A stretch of 64,000 nt of DNA from an uncultured delta proteobacterium (lineage in GTDB: Bacteria > Myxococcota_A > UBA9160 > UBA4427), in the NCBI GenBank assembly GCA_963822965.1, contig CAWGJT010000015.1, positions 64,001 to 128,000 on the forward strand, read 5' to 3'. The position numbers were made by a program, and so were the translations under genes. Within the stretch, counting starts at the first letter, position 1. Each line of letters starts with the position of its first letter. The notes below the pieces were generated by a model. That model did not search any database and was not told the origin of the DNA. It was given only the letters and a program-made list of their open reading frames with translations. Below are positions 27,705 to 36,979 of this stretch, one piece after another.

Positions 27705-30700
27705 ATGACCATCGCCGTCCTGGCGGAGAAGCCCTCGGTGGCACGCGACATCGCGCGCGTGCTGGGTGCACGCACCCGCGGCGACGGCGTCCTCACCGGC
27801 AACGGCTATGCGGTGACCTGGGCCGTGGGACATCTCGTCGCCCTCGCCGAGCCGCACCAGATCCGTCCGGAGTGGAAGCGCTGGCGGAAGAGCGCGCTGC
27901 CGATGATTCCCGAGGTCTGGCCCCTCGAGGTGGTGGCCCGAACGCGCGACCGCTTCCAGACCGTGAAGCGCCTGCTGCGGGACCCGGACGTCCGCGAGAT
28001 CGTCTGCGCGACGGATGCCGGGCGCGAAGGAGAGCTCATCTTCCGGTACATCTACGAGGCCGCCGGCGTCGACAAGCCCGTGAAGCGCCTGTGGGTGTCG
28101 TCGCTCACCGAGGAGGCCATCCGCCGGGGCTTCGCGAGCCTGCGCGACGCCCGGGAGTACGACGGTCTGGCCGACGCGGCCCGCGGCCGCTCCCGCGCGG
28201 ACTGGCTCGTCGGCATGAATCTCTCCCGGGCCTACACCCTGACCGGCGACGAGACCTTCTCGGTCGGCCGCGTCCAGACGCCCACCCTGGCCATGCTGGT
28301 GGAGCGCGAGAAGGCGATCCGCGACTTCGTGCCCGAGGACTACCGGGAGGTGGTGGCGCGCTTCGCCCTCGAGACCGCGCCCGGCGCCGGCGGAGCCGAC
28401 GGACCGCCGCAGTACGAGGGCGTGTACTTCCGCCGGTCCGGAGCCGGAGGGGCCGCGCGAGCCGGAGCGGGCGACGCCCGGCCGGAGGACGCCGCGGAGG
28501 CGGAGGCGCTCGCGCGGCGGCTGCCGGCCGAAGGCGACGAGGCGGAGCGCATCGCGGCGCGGGCGCGCACGGGCCGGGCCCGGGTCGAGTCCGTCGACGC
28601 GCGTCAGCGCCGCATGTCGCCGCCCGCGCTCTACGATCTCACGGAGCTGCAGCGCCACGCGAACCGCCTCTTCGGATACTCGGCCCAGCACACCCTGGAC
28701 GTCGCGCAGTCGCTCTACGAATCGAAGAAGCTGCTGAGCTACCCGCGGACGGACAGCCGTCACCTCTCGGGCACGGTGGCGGCGGACCTCGGCGCCATCG
28801 TGCGCGCCATCCAGGAGCCGTACGCGGGGCACCTCGCTCCCGGAACCGGCGAGCGGCCCCTGGGCCCGCGCTTCGTGGACGACGCCCGGGTGACCGACCA
28901 CCACGCGATCATCCCGACACCGAAGCGTCCGGACGGCGTGTCCCTCACGCGCGACGAGGCCCGCATCTACGATCTCGTCTGCCGCCGGCTGCTGGCCGCC
29001 TGGCACCCGGATCACGTCTGGTCGACGACTACGGTCGTCACGGCCGTCGTCAGCGAGGTCGTCACGGCCGTCGTCAGCGAGGTCGTCACGGCCGTCGTCA
29101 GCGAGGTCGTCACGGCCGTCGTCAGCGAGGTCGTCGAGTCGGGCGTCGCAGACGCGGCCGCACCGGAGCGAGAGAGCAGCGCGCCCCGCGAGATCGTCGA
29201 TCGCTACCGGAGCCTGGGAACGACCGTCGACCGCGAAGGCTGGAAGGTGCTCGACCCCAAGCCCGCGTCCGCGCGCCCGGACGCCCGCGGCGAAGCGGGC
29301 GACCGCGAGCCCCGGCTTCCGTCGGGGCTCGCTGCGGGTCGGGCCGTCTCGGTGGTGGACGCGCGTGTGGTCGATCGCAAGACGCGTCCGCCGCGACGCT
29401 TCACGGACAGCACGCTCCTCACCGGCATGGAGACGGCCGGCCGCACCCTGGACGACAAGCAGCTCTCCGACGCCATGCGCGCCACCGGCCTCGGCACCCC
29501 GGCCACCCGGGCCGCCACCATCGAGACCCTCATCGCGCGCGGCTACGCGACCCGCAGCAAGAAGACCCTGGTGGCCACCCACAAGGGCATCGCACTGATC
29601 GACCGGGTGCACCCGGACGTGCGCAGCCCACGCATGACCGGCGAGTGGGAGGCGCGCCTCCAGGCGATCCGCAGCGGGCAGGGCCGCCTGGACGACTTCA
29701 TGCGCGGCATCGAGCGATACGTGAAGGACGTCGTACAACGCGTCGTCGGACAAGAGGAATCACCCATGACCGAGAAGCCCGAACCGGAACGCCCCCGGCG
29801 CCCGCAACCGCCGGCCCGAAAGGGCCCTGCGATGCACCTTGCGCCCGAGCCGGGGCCGCCGCCGGGCCCGGACGAAGAGCCCTGCTTCGACCCGGGAGGC
29901 CTGGTCGAGGGAGCTCCCGGCGAGGAGCCGTCCTGGGTGACCGAGCCCGGACCGCCCGACGGCGGTTGGGAGCGGATCGAGCCGGCGCGCGGTGAGCGAC
30001 CCGCCGGCGGACCGCAGCAGCTCTCCCTGACCGGGCCGACGGCGCGCACCGCCGCGGACGAGCCCGCGCGGCAGCGCGTGCGCCCGCCGCCCCGACCCGT
30101 GCCGGCGAGCGAGCTCGACACCCTGCTGCACGGCCGCTTCGGCTTCCGGGAGTTTCGCCCGCACCAGCGCGCGGTGTGCACGGCGGTCACCGAGGGGCAC
30201 GACGCCCTGCTCGTGATGCCCACGGGCGCGGGCAAGTCGCTCTGCTACCAGCTGCCGGGCATCGCCCGGGCGGGCACCACCGTGGTGGTGAGCCCGCTCA
30301 TCGCGCTGATGGAAGACCAGGTGGTGAAGCTGCAGGAGCTGGGCTTCGCGGCCGAGCGCATCCATTCGGGGCGCAAGCGCACGGAGTCGCGCCGGGTGAC
30401 GAGCGACTACCTGGCCGGCCAGCTCGACTTCCTGTTCATCGCGCCCGAGCGCCTGGGCGTGCAGGGCTTTCCGGAGCTGCTGGCCCGACGGCGTCCGGGC
30501 CTGGTGGCGATCGACGAGGCGCACTGCATCTCCCAATGGGGCCACGACTTCCGCCCGGACTACCGCATGCTGGGCGAGCGGCTGCCGCTGCTGCGGCCGA
30601 CGCCCATCATCGCCCTCACCGCCACCGCGACGCCTCTCGTGCAGCGCGACATCGTGAAGCAGCTCGGCATTCCCGACGCCGAGCTGCACATCCACGGCTT

Positions 30701-32126
30701 CCGGCGCGACAACATCTTCATCGAGCTGGTGGAGCTGCGCCCCGGGGCGCGCAACGACGCGACCGTCGAGCTGCTCGCGAAGTCCGAGCACCGCCCGGCC
30801 ATCGTCTACGCCCCGACGCGCAAGAAGGCCGAGGACCTCGCCCGCGCACTGGCGGTCCACATGCCCGCCGCCGTCTACCATGCGGGCATCGCGGCGGCAA
30901 AGCGCGACCGCGTGCAGGCGCGCTTCCTCGCCGGCGAGGTCGACGTGATCGTCGCCACCATCGCCTTCGGCATGGGAATCGACAAGGCGGACGTCCGCAC
31001 CGTGGTGCACACGGCGTTGCCCGCCAGCGTCGAGGGCTACTACCAGGAGATCGGCCGGGCCGGACGCGACGGCAAGCCCTCGCGCGCGGTGCTGTATCAC
31101 AGCTACGCGGACCGGCGCACCCACGAGTGGTTCCTCGACCGGGACTACCCCGACCCGGGCGTCCTGCGCACGGTGCAGCGCGCCCTGGGCACGACGCCCG
31201 TGCCCCGAGCGGAGCTTCACCAGGGACTGCGCATGGATCCCGAGATCGTCGACAAGGCCCTGGAGAAGCTGTGGATCCACGGCGGGGCGCTGGTGGACGG
31301 GGACGACCGGGTGGCCCGCGGCACCGACGCGTGGGAGGCACCCTATCGCGCCCAGCGGGAGCACAAGCGGGCACAGCTGGACGAGGTGTCGCGCTTCGCG
31401 GAGAACCGCGGCTGCCACATGCTGCAGCTCGTGCGGCACTTCGGCGACCAGGCGGACTCGGGCAAGCCCTGCGGGCACTGCGCGAGCTGTCGGCCGGGAG
31501 ACGCCGTGGCCCTGGACGAGCGCCCCGCCGACGCCGACGAGCAGCGCATCATGTGCCAGATCCTCGACGCCCTGCGCGAGCGCGACGGCCAGAGCAAGGG
31601 CCGGCTGCACCGGCTGCTCTTCGGAGACGGGCTCGAGCGGAAGCGCTTCGAGGTGCTGCTCGGAAGCCTGGTGCGCGGCCAGCTCGTCCACGAGCAGGCC
31701 GACTCCTTCGAGAGCGAGGGCGAGACCATCCACTTCCGGCGCCTCCATCTCACCCAGGACGGCCGGCGGGCGCGGGCGGCGGACGTGGCGACCCTGCACG
31801 TCCCGCGCGGCGGCGCACCGGCGAAGAAGCGATCCGGTGCGCGCGGCCGAGGCAGCCGTCCTGCCACCGGACGCAGCCGGGCGATCGCCGCGCTGGAGGC
31901 GGCCGAGGCGCCGAAGGCGCTGGTCGAGGAGCTGAAGCGCTGGCGCAGCCGCGAGGCGAAGCGACGCCGGGTGCCCGCCTTCCGCATCCTGACCGACCGC
32001 GCGCTGCTGGGCATCGCCCGGGAGGCCCCGCGCGACGAGGAGTCGCTGCTGGCCGTGAACGGCATGGGCCCGACCCTGGTGCGCAAGTACGGGAGCGAGA
32101 TCCTCGCGATCACCCGCACCCCGTGA
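27705..32126 (+). CDS. topB: DNA topoisomerase III fused to RecQ-family helicase and HRDC domain
   Basis: AEKPSVA, ATDAGREGELI, SVGRVQTPTL, SYPRTDS, GLGTPATRA; then MPTGAGKSLCYQ, DEAHCISQWGHDFRPDY, ATIAFGMGIDK, QEIGRAGRDG, Zn-binding CGHCASC, HRDC. Confidence 0.92.
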   Translation: MTIAVLAEKPSVARDIARVLGARTRGDGVLTGNGYAVTWAVGHLVALAEPHQIRPEWKRWRKSALPMIPEVWPLEVVARTRDRFQTVKRLLRDPDVREIVCATDAGREGELIFRYIYEAAGVDKPVKRLWVSSLTEEAIRRGFASLRDAREYDGLADAARGRSRADWLVGMNLSRAYTLTGDETFSVGRVQTPTLAMLVEREKAIRDFVPEDYREVVARFALETAPGAGGADGPPQYEGVYFRRSGAGGAARAGAGDARPEDAAEAEALARRLPAEGDEAERIAARARTGRARVESVDARQRRMSPPALYDLTELQRHANRLFGYSAQHTLDVAQSLYESKKLLSYPRTDSRHLSGTVAADLGAIVRAIQEPYAGHLAPGTGERPLGPRFVDDARVTDHHAIIPTPKRPDGVSLTRDEARIYDLVCRRLLAAWHPDHVWSTTTVVTAVVSEVVTAVVSEVVTAVVSEVVTAVVSEVVESGVADAAAPERESSAPREIVDRYRSLGTTVDREGWKVLDPKPASARPDARGEAGDREPRLPSGLAAGRAVSVVDARVVDRKTRPPRRFTDSTLLTGMETAGRTLDDKQLSDAMRATGLGTPATRAATIETLIARGYATRSKKTLVATHKGIALIDRVHPDVRSPRMTGEWEARLQAIRSGQGRLDDFMRGIERYVKDVVQRVVGQEESPMTEKPEPERPRRPQPPARKGPAMHLAPEPGPPPGPDEEPCFDPGGLVEGAPGEEPSWVTEPGPPDGGWERIEPARGERPAGGPQQLSLTGPTARTAADEPARQRVRPPPRPVPASELDTLLHGRFGFREFRPHQRAVCTAVTEGHDALLVMPTGAGKSLCYQLPGIARAGTTVVVSPLIALMEDQVVKLQELGFAAERIHSGRKRTESRRVTSDYLAGQLDFLFIAPERLGVQGFPELLARRRPGLVAIDEAHCISQWGHDFRPDYRMLGERLPLLRPTPIIALTATATPLVQRDIVKQLGIPDAELHIHGFRRDNIFIELVELRPGARNDATVELLAKSEHRPAIVYAPTRKKAEDLARALAVHMPAAVYHAGIAAAKRDRVQARFLAGEVDVIVATIAFGMGIDKADVRTVVHTALPASVEGYYQEIGRAGRDGKPSRAVLYHSYADRRTHEWFLDRDYPDPGVLRTVQRALGTTPVPRAELHQGLRMDPEIVDKALEKLWIHGGALVDGDDRVARGTDAWEAPYRAQREHKRAQLDEVSRFAENRGCHMLQLVRHFGDQADSGKPCGHCASCRPGDAVALDERPADADEQRIMCQILDALRERDGQSKGRLHRLLFGDGLERKRFEVLLGSLVRGQLVHEQADSFESEGETIHFRRLHLTQDGRRARAADVATLHVPRGGAPAKKRSGARGRGSRPATGRSRAIAALEAAEAPKALVEELKRWRSREAKRRRVPAFRILTDRALLGIAREAPRDEESLLAVNGMGPTLVRKYGSEILAITRTP
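29034..29135 (+). repeat. In-frame 24-bp perfect tandem repeat x4 (VVTAVVSE) inside the topoisomerase region
   Basis: Unit gtcgtcacggccgtcgtcagcgag. Confidence 0.95.
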
Positions 32127-32279
32127 GCGGAGCTCACCGCAAGCGGCTGCGCCTCGGTGAGCGGAGCTCACGAAGAGCGGCTGCGCCTCGGTGAGCGGAG
32201 CTCACGAAGAGCGGCTGCGCCTCGGTGAGCGGAGCTCACGAAGAGCGGCTGCGCCTCGGCGAGCGGAGCTCACGAAGAG
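32123..32279. repeat. 34-bp tandem repeat (4 units plus a partial) containing hairpin GTGAGC-GGA-GCTCAC
   Basis: Unit gtgagcggagctcacgaagagcggctgcgcctcg; no spacers. Confidence 0.95.
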
Positions 32280-33094
32280 AGCCGCCGATGGCGACAGAAG
32301 AGCCAGGGGCCGCTCTCGGGCTCGTCACGGCGGAAGCGGCGGCAAAGCGATTCAGGCTCGGGAAAGACGCGCTCGAGCACGCCGGGCCCGAGGAAGGCGC
32401 CGCCCCGGACGCCTCGCGGAAGCGCGCTTCCCAGGTAGACCGAGAGCATCAGCTCGTCCACGCAAGGCGGCTCTGTGTAGAGGGCCGCGGTCGTGGCGGG
32501 TCCCGCCTCGACGCAGACGTCCGCGAGCCCGCGCTCTTCGCGCAGGAACGACAGCAGATCGCGCAGCGAGGGAGCGGTCCGTCCCACCACCTCGATGCCA
32601 TCGCCGCGTCCCGCCTCCCGGACGCGCGCGACGAGACGCGGTGCCGCATCCCGCGACGTGACGACGAGCGCCCGCCGTGCCAGCAACGGATGCGCGAGAT
32701 CGACGTCGTGCCGCGCGGTCAGGACGACGGTGAGCGGCGGCTCCCGGCGACCGAGACGCTGGCGCCGCCAGGCGGCGAGGTCGTCCGGCAGCCGGTGCAG
32801 GACCTCCGGCTCGTCCCGCAGGATGCGCCCGGTGGTGACGACGGCGTCGCAGCGGGCGCGTGCGACGCCCAGCACGAAGGCGTCGGTGGCGCTGCGCGGC
32901 GTGCTCGCTCCGATACGCAGGGTGAAGAGCCGACCTCCGGCGTCCTGCCAGACGGCGGTCACGTGCAGCACGCCCGGCGGCGCCTGCAGGTCGTCCTCGA
33001 AGATCTCACGGATGCGCGCCGCACAGCGGGCCGCCGCGCGCTCCGAAGCGCCTGCGCCCGCCGGTCGGCCTGCCGAGGTGGACCGGGCGGTCAT
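32270..33094 (-). CDS. RibD C-terminal (DHFR-like reductase) domain protein
   Basis: ARARCDAVVTTGRILRDEP, VCVEAGP, VDELMLS. Confidence 0.75.
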   Translation of the reverse strand: MTARSTSAGRPAGAGASERAAARCAARIREIFEDDLQAPPGVLHVTAVWQDAGGRLFTLRIGASTPRSATDAFVLGVARARCDAVVTTGRILRDEPEVLHRLPDDLAAWRRQRLGRREPPLTVVLTARHDVDLAHPLLARRALVVTSRDAAPRLVARVREAGRGDGIEVVGRTAPSLRDLLSFLREERGLADVCVEAGPATTAALYTEPPCVDELMLSVYLGSALPRGVRGGAFLGPGVLERVFPEPESLCRRFRRDEPESGPWLFCRHRRLSS

Positions 33095-33147
33095 CGCCCC
33101 AGGATGCCCCGCTGGCTAGACTCCCGCACGGGAGGCGAGGCGACGCC

Positions 33148-33369
33148 ATGACGGTCACGATCCACTACTGCGGGCGCTGAAACTATCTTCCCCGGGCCAC
33201 CAGTCTGGCGGCCAGAATCGAGCGGGAGACCGGTGTGGCGCCGGAGCTGATCCGAGGCGACGGGGGCATCTTCGACGTCTACCAGGACGAGCGGCTCGTC
33301 TTCTCGAAGCACCGAGTGGGTCGCTTTCCCGAAGAGGACGAGGTCGTCGCCGCGCTCGATCCCGCCTAG
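33148..33369 (+). CDS. SelW/SelT/SelH (Rdx) family selenoprotein with in-frame UGA at 33178-33180
   Basis: MTVTIHYCGR-U-NYLPRATSLAARIE...GDGGIFDV...VFSKHRVGRFPEEDEV; CxxU motif; GGAGG upstream; SECIS-like hairpin. Confidence 0.9.
33195..33213 (+). other. Putative bacterial SECIS hairpin
   Basis: GGCC(A)CCA-GTC-TGG(C)GGCC; apical G about 23 nt after the UGA. Confidence 0.65.
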
Positions 33370-33405
33370 AGGCCCGGCCGAGCCGAACCCGGAGGACCCG
33401 TCCCC

Positions 33406-34335
33406 ATGCCGCTTCACCCCCAGGCCCAGACCATCCTCGACGAGCTCTCCGCCGTCGGGGACATCGACGTCTGGAGCCTCCCCCCGGACGCGATGCGCGC
33501 GGCCTTCGGGCCGCTGCTGTCGGCGCCCGCAGAGCCGGTGGCGCACGTCGAGGACCGGGTCGTCCCCGGGCCGGCGGGCGAGATCCCCGTCCGCATCTAC
33601 ACGCCGGAGGGCGAGGGGCCCCATCCGGTGCTCGTCTACTTCCACGGCGGCGGCTTCGTCCTCTGCGACCTCGACACCCACGACTCGACGTGCCGGTCGC
33701 TCGCCAACGCGGGGGGCTGCGCGGTGGTCTCCGTCGACTACCGGCTCGCGCCCGAGGCGAAGTTCCCGGCGGCCCCCGAGGACTGCTACGCGGCCACGTG
33801 CTGGGTCGCCGACCAGCCCCCCTCGCCCGCCTTCGACACGTCGCGCCTCGCGGTCGGCGGAGACAGCGCCGGGGGCAACCTGGCCGCCGTGGTCTCGCTG
33901 ATGGCGCGCGACCGTGGCGGACCGCGCATCGACCACCAGCTGCTCATCTACCCGGTGACCGACTGCGCGTTCGAGACGGCCTCCTACCGGGACAACGCCG
34001 AGGGCTACTTCCTCACCCGGGAGATGATGAAGTGGTTCTGGCACCACTACCTCCCCGACGAGTCCGCCGGCGGGAGCCCCCTGGCCTCGCCGCTGCGGGC
34101 GGAGAAGCTGGAGGGCCTGCCGCCCGCCACGGTGATCACCGCCGAGTTCGATCCCCTGCGCGACGAGGGCGAGGCGTACGCGGCGCGCCTCGAGGCGGCG
34201 GGCGTTCCCGTCCACGCGCGCCGCTTCGACGGCATGTTCCACGGCTTCTTCGGCATGACCGATCGGCTCGACGACGCGAGGAAGGCCGTCGCCCACGCGG
34301 GCGATGCCCTGCGTCAGGCGTTCCTGCGCCCGTAG
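33406..34335 (+). CDS. HSL-family (family IV) alpha/beta esterase/lipase
   Basis: HGGGF, DYRLAPE, GDSAGGNL, DPLRDEG, HGFF. Confidence 0.95.
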   Translation: MPLHPQAQTILDELSAVGDIDVWSLPPDAMRAAFGPLLSAPAEPVAHVEDRVVPGPAGEIPVRIYTPEGEGPHPVLVYFHGGGFVLCDLDTHDSTCRSLANAGGCAVVSVDYRLAPEAKFPAAPEDCYAATCWVADQPPSPAFDTSRLAVGGDSAGGNLAAVVSLMARDRGGPRIDHQLLIYPVTDCAFETASYRDNAEGYFLTREMMKWFWHHYLPDESAGGSPLASPLRAEKLEGLPPATVITAEFDPLRDEGEAYAARLEAAGVPVHARRFDGMFHGFFGMTDRLDDARKAVAHAGDALRQAFLRP

Positions 34336-34338
34336 CCC

Positions 34339-34677
34339 ATGGCCCCGGAAGACGATCTGCCATTCACGGACGTGTGCGCGACGTCCGAGATTCCGCCGGG
34401 GCGAGCAGTGGCGGTCCGCGCGGCTGGGCGTGACTTTCTGCTCTGCCACGCGGAGGGCCGCTACTACGCGGTCGCGGAACGCTGCACCCACGCCGCCTGG
34501 AGCCTGGCGGGCGGCGAGGTTCGGGGCTGCGAGCTGGCGTGCTCGCTTCACGGTGCCCGCTTCGACCTGCGCACGGGTGATGCGACGAGGCCCCCCGCCA
34601 GCAAGCCGCTCCGCACGTTTCCCGTGCGCACGCGCGGCGGTCGCATCCAGGTGCAGGTGACACCGCTGCCCCGTTGA
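34339..34677 (+). CDS. Rieske [2Fe-2S] ferredoxin
   Basis: CTH...CSLHGARFDLRTG. Confidence 0.92.
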   Translation: MAPEDDLPFTDVCATSEIPPGRAVAVRAAGRDFLLCHAEGRYYAVAERCTHAAWSLAGGEVRGCELACSLHGARFDLRTGDATRPPASKPLRTFPVRTRGGRIQVQVTPLPR

Positions 34678-34823
34678 TCCACACCCGGGCCGGGCGAAGG
34701 ATCCGAGGTAAGATCAGGCCCCGAACAATCCGAAGCGACCCCGCTCGAGAGCGGCGGCAGAAGGGAATCCAGCGTTTGACCCGACCGGCCCGAGTCCCGA
34801 AGCGAACGCCCGCGACCGCGTGC

Positions 34824-36272
34824 GTGCGGCTGACCATCCTGCTGCTTGCCGCCGCGCTCCTCTCCGGCTGCGCGGCGGCCGTGCCCGCCGGCGAGGCGCC
34901 GCCGTCGCCGTCCGACGAGACCGCTTCGGCCGCCTCGACGAGCAGCTCTTCGGCCGCCTCGACGAGCAGCTCTTCGGCCGCCTCGACGAGCAGCTCGGCG
35001 AGCGCGCGGCCGCCGGCGTCGTCGCCCGTGCTCGCATCGGCGCGCCGCGAGCGCGAGCGGTGGAGCGATCTGGTGAAAGACGGCCGCAGCCACCTGCGGC
35101 GGGGCGAGCTCTCCGAAGCCGAGGACAGCTTCACCCGCGCCTACGACCAGACCCGCGCCTTCCGACACGGCGACCCGCGGACGCGAACGAGCATCAGCAA
35201 TCTCGAGCGACTCGCGAAGGCGTACCTGCATGCGGGCGACGCCACGGGCTTCGGCCGCGTGATGGAGCTGCTCGTCTTCGTCAGCAGCGAGACGTCCGAG
35301 GCGCGTACCCCGGAGCTGGCGGACCTGCTGCAGGACCTGGCGAGCACACGCAGCATGCAGGGCCGGCCGGAGGACGCCCGGGAGGCCCTCGAGCTCTCGC
35401 TGGCGATCGCGTCGGAGCAGAAGGGTGCGAACGACGAATCCCTGGTGGGCGTGTACGCCCAGCTTGCCCAGGCGGACATCGCCCTGGGCGAGCTCGACGC
35501 TGCCCAGGAGCACGTCGATCGGGCCGCGGAGATCGCCCGGTCGGCGGCCGGCGAGCAGAGCGTCCTCTACGCCACCGCCCTGCTGGCCCGCGCGAAGCTG
35601 GAGGACGCCCGGGGCCAGGACGACGCGACCTGGCAGACGCTCGTGGAGATCGTCGGCATCTACGAGGAAAAGGTCGGCGCGAACCAGCCGGCGACCGCGC
35701 GGGTCGTGCGCGAGCTGGCGCTGTTCGAGCAGAAGAGCGGCCGCACCGCCGAGGCGGAGAAGTCCTTCGACCGGGTGGTCGACATCTGGGACACGCTTCC
35801 CAAGGAGAAGTTCCAGCAGGCCCAGAGCCGCAACGAGCTGGCCTGGTTCTTCGTGGAGACGGGCCAGCCCCAGCACGCGGAAGCGCCCGCGCGCAGCGCT
35901 CTGTCCATGCTCGAGAAGGAGGGAACGCAGGGACAGCCGCTGGCGGCCGTCGCCGACACCCTCGCCACCGCCCTGCGCGATCAGGGTAAGTTCGCCGAGG
36001 CCGAATCCCTCTACCAGCAGGCGCTCGACGAAGCCGCGAAGGGGGAGAGCATGCCGGGCTGGAGTGCGGCGCCCATCGCCGAGCGGTACGCGGTCCTGCT
36101 CGAGGAGACCGGGCGGTCCGCCCAGGCCCAGCACCTCCGGCGCCGGTGGGCCGAGGCCCCGAAGCCGTCCGCCGGAGCTCCGTCCGCGTCGGACGGCTCG
36201 GACTCCGTGTCGAACGCTTTGGGCTCCGCGTCGGATGATTCCGGGTCCGCGGCGGACGATTCGGCCCCCTGA
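34824..36272 (+). CDS. TPR-repeat lipoprotein
   Basis: Lipobox LLSGC; Ser-rich linker; kinesin-light-chain-like TPRs (QGKFAEAESLYQQAL); start codon uncertain. Confidence 0.8.
   Translation: MRLTILLLAAALLSGCAAAVPAGEAPPSPSDETASAASTSSSSAASTSSSSAASTSSSASARPPASSPVLASARRERERWSDLVKDGRSHLRRGELSEAEDSFTRAYDQTRAFRHGDPRTRTSISNLERLAKAYLHAGDATGFGRVMELLVFVSSETSEARTPELADLLQDLASTRSMQGRPEDAREALELSLAIASEQKGANDESLVGVYAQLAQADIALGELDAAQEHVDRAAEIARSAAGEQSVLYATALLARAKLEDARGQDDATWQTLVEIVGIYEEKVGANQPATARVVRELALFEQKSGRTAEAEKSFDRVVDIWDTLPKEKFQQAQSRNELAWFFVETGQPQHAEAPARSALSMLEKEGTQGQPLAAVADTLATALRDQGKFAEAESLYQQALDEAAKGESMPGWSAAPIAERYAVLLEETGRSAQAQHLRRRWAEAPKPSAGAPSASDGSDSVSNALGSASDDSGSAADDSAP
34924..34995 (+). repeat. 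In-frame 24-bp tandem repeat x3 (SAASTSSS)
   Basis: Unit cttcggccgcctcgacgagcagct. Confidence 0.92.
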
Positions 36273-36293
36273 TGGCCCGGCGAGGCCCGCCGA

Positions 36294-36941
36294 TCAGCGC
36301 TCCTTCACCGCCGTCCACGACTCGTAGAGCGGCGGGCCCCAGGGCAGGGGGCGGAACCGATCCCGCCGCGTGACGCGCAGCCCCAGGCCGTCGAGCGCGG
36401 CCGCGGTGTCGTAGAGCGGGTGCAACGCGGCGAGCCCGAACGCCCAGCCCACGAGATCGACGAGCCGGAAGTGGGCCCGCGCCAGCGCTCGGGCGAGGCG
36501 CGCCCCCGAGGCCGGCGCGAACTCCGCCACCACCAGCCGGCCGCCGGGGCGCACCTGCCCCGCCAGATGGGCGAGCGCCCCGCGCATGGCGGCCGGCGAG
36601 AACACGTTCAGCACGAAGTGGGCCACCACCACGTCGTAGCCGCCGGCGGGCGCGCAATGCGCGAAGAAATCCTGGGGGTACAGCTCGGCGTGGGCTCCGG
36701 CCGCCTCGAGCCTTCTCCGCAGCCGGTCGAGCATCGCCGGCGAGCAGTCGACGGCCGCGACCCGGGCTCCTCGCAGCGCCGCCGCCACCGCTTCCTCGCC
36801 GGTGCCGGCGCCCGCGTAGAGGACGCGCTCTCCCGCTCGGATCTCGGCGAGGTGGGCGTGCTTGGCGGCGCGGACGCGGCCCAGGGAGTAGGCGCTCGCG
36901 ACGGCGTCGTAGCACCACGCCACCCTTCCGTACGGGTACAC
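36294..36941 (-). CDS. Class I SAM-dependent methyltransferase
   Basis: YDAVASAYSLG, VLYAGAGTG, YDVVVAHFVLNVF, RPGGRLVVAEF; start approximate. Confidence 0.85.
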   Translation of the reverse strand: MYPYGRVAWCYDAVASAYSLGRVRAAKHAHLAEIRAGERVLYAGAGTGEEAVAAALRGARVAAVDCSPAMLDRLRRRLEAAGAHAELYPQDFFAHCAPAGGYDVVVAHFVLNVFSPAAMRGALAHLAGQVRPGGRLVVAEFAPASGARLARALARAHFRLVDLVGWAFGLAALHPLYDTAAALDGLGLRVTRRDRFRPLPWGPPLYESWTAVKER

Positions 36942-36979
36942 GCGCCGCCCGCCCGCGGCGACCGGCGGGTGCGACCCGC

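Noticed and set aside
27705..32126. Reverse gyrase
   Set aside because: Domain order is topoisomerase then helicase and the helicase is RecQ-type
32123..32279. CRISPR array
   Set aside because: Repeat length and hairpin are CRISPR-like, but units abut with no unique spacers and there are no cas genes in the window
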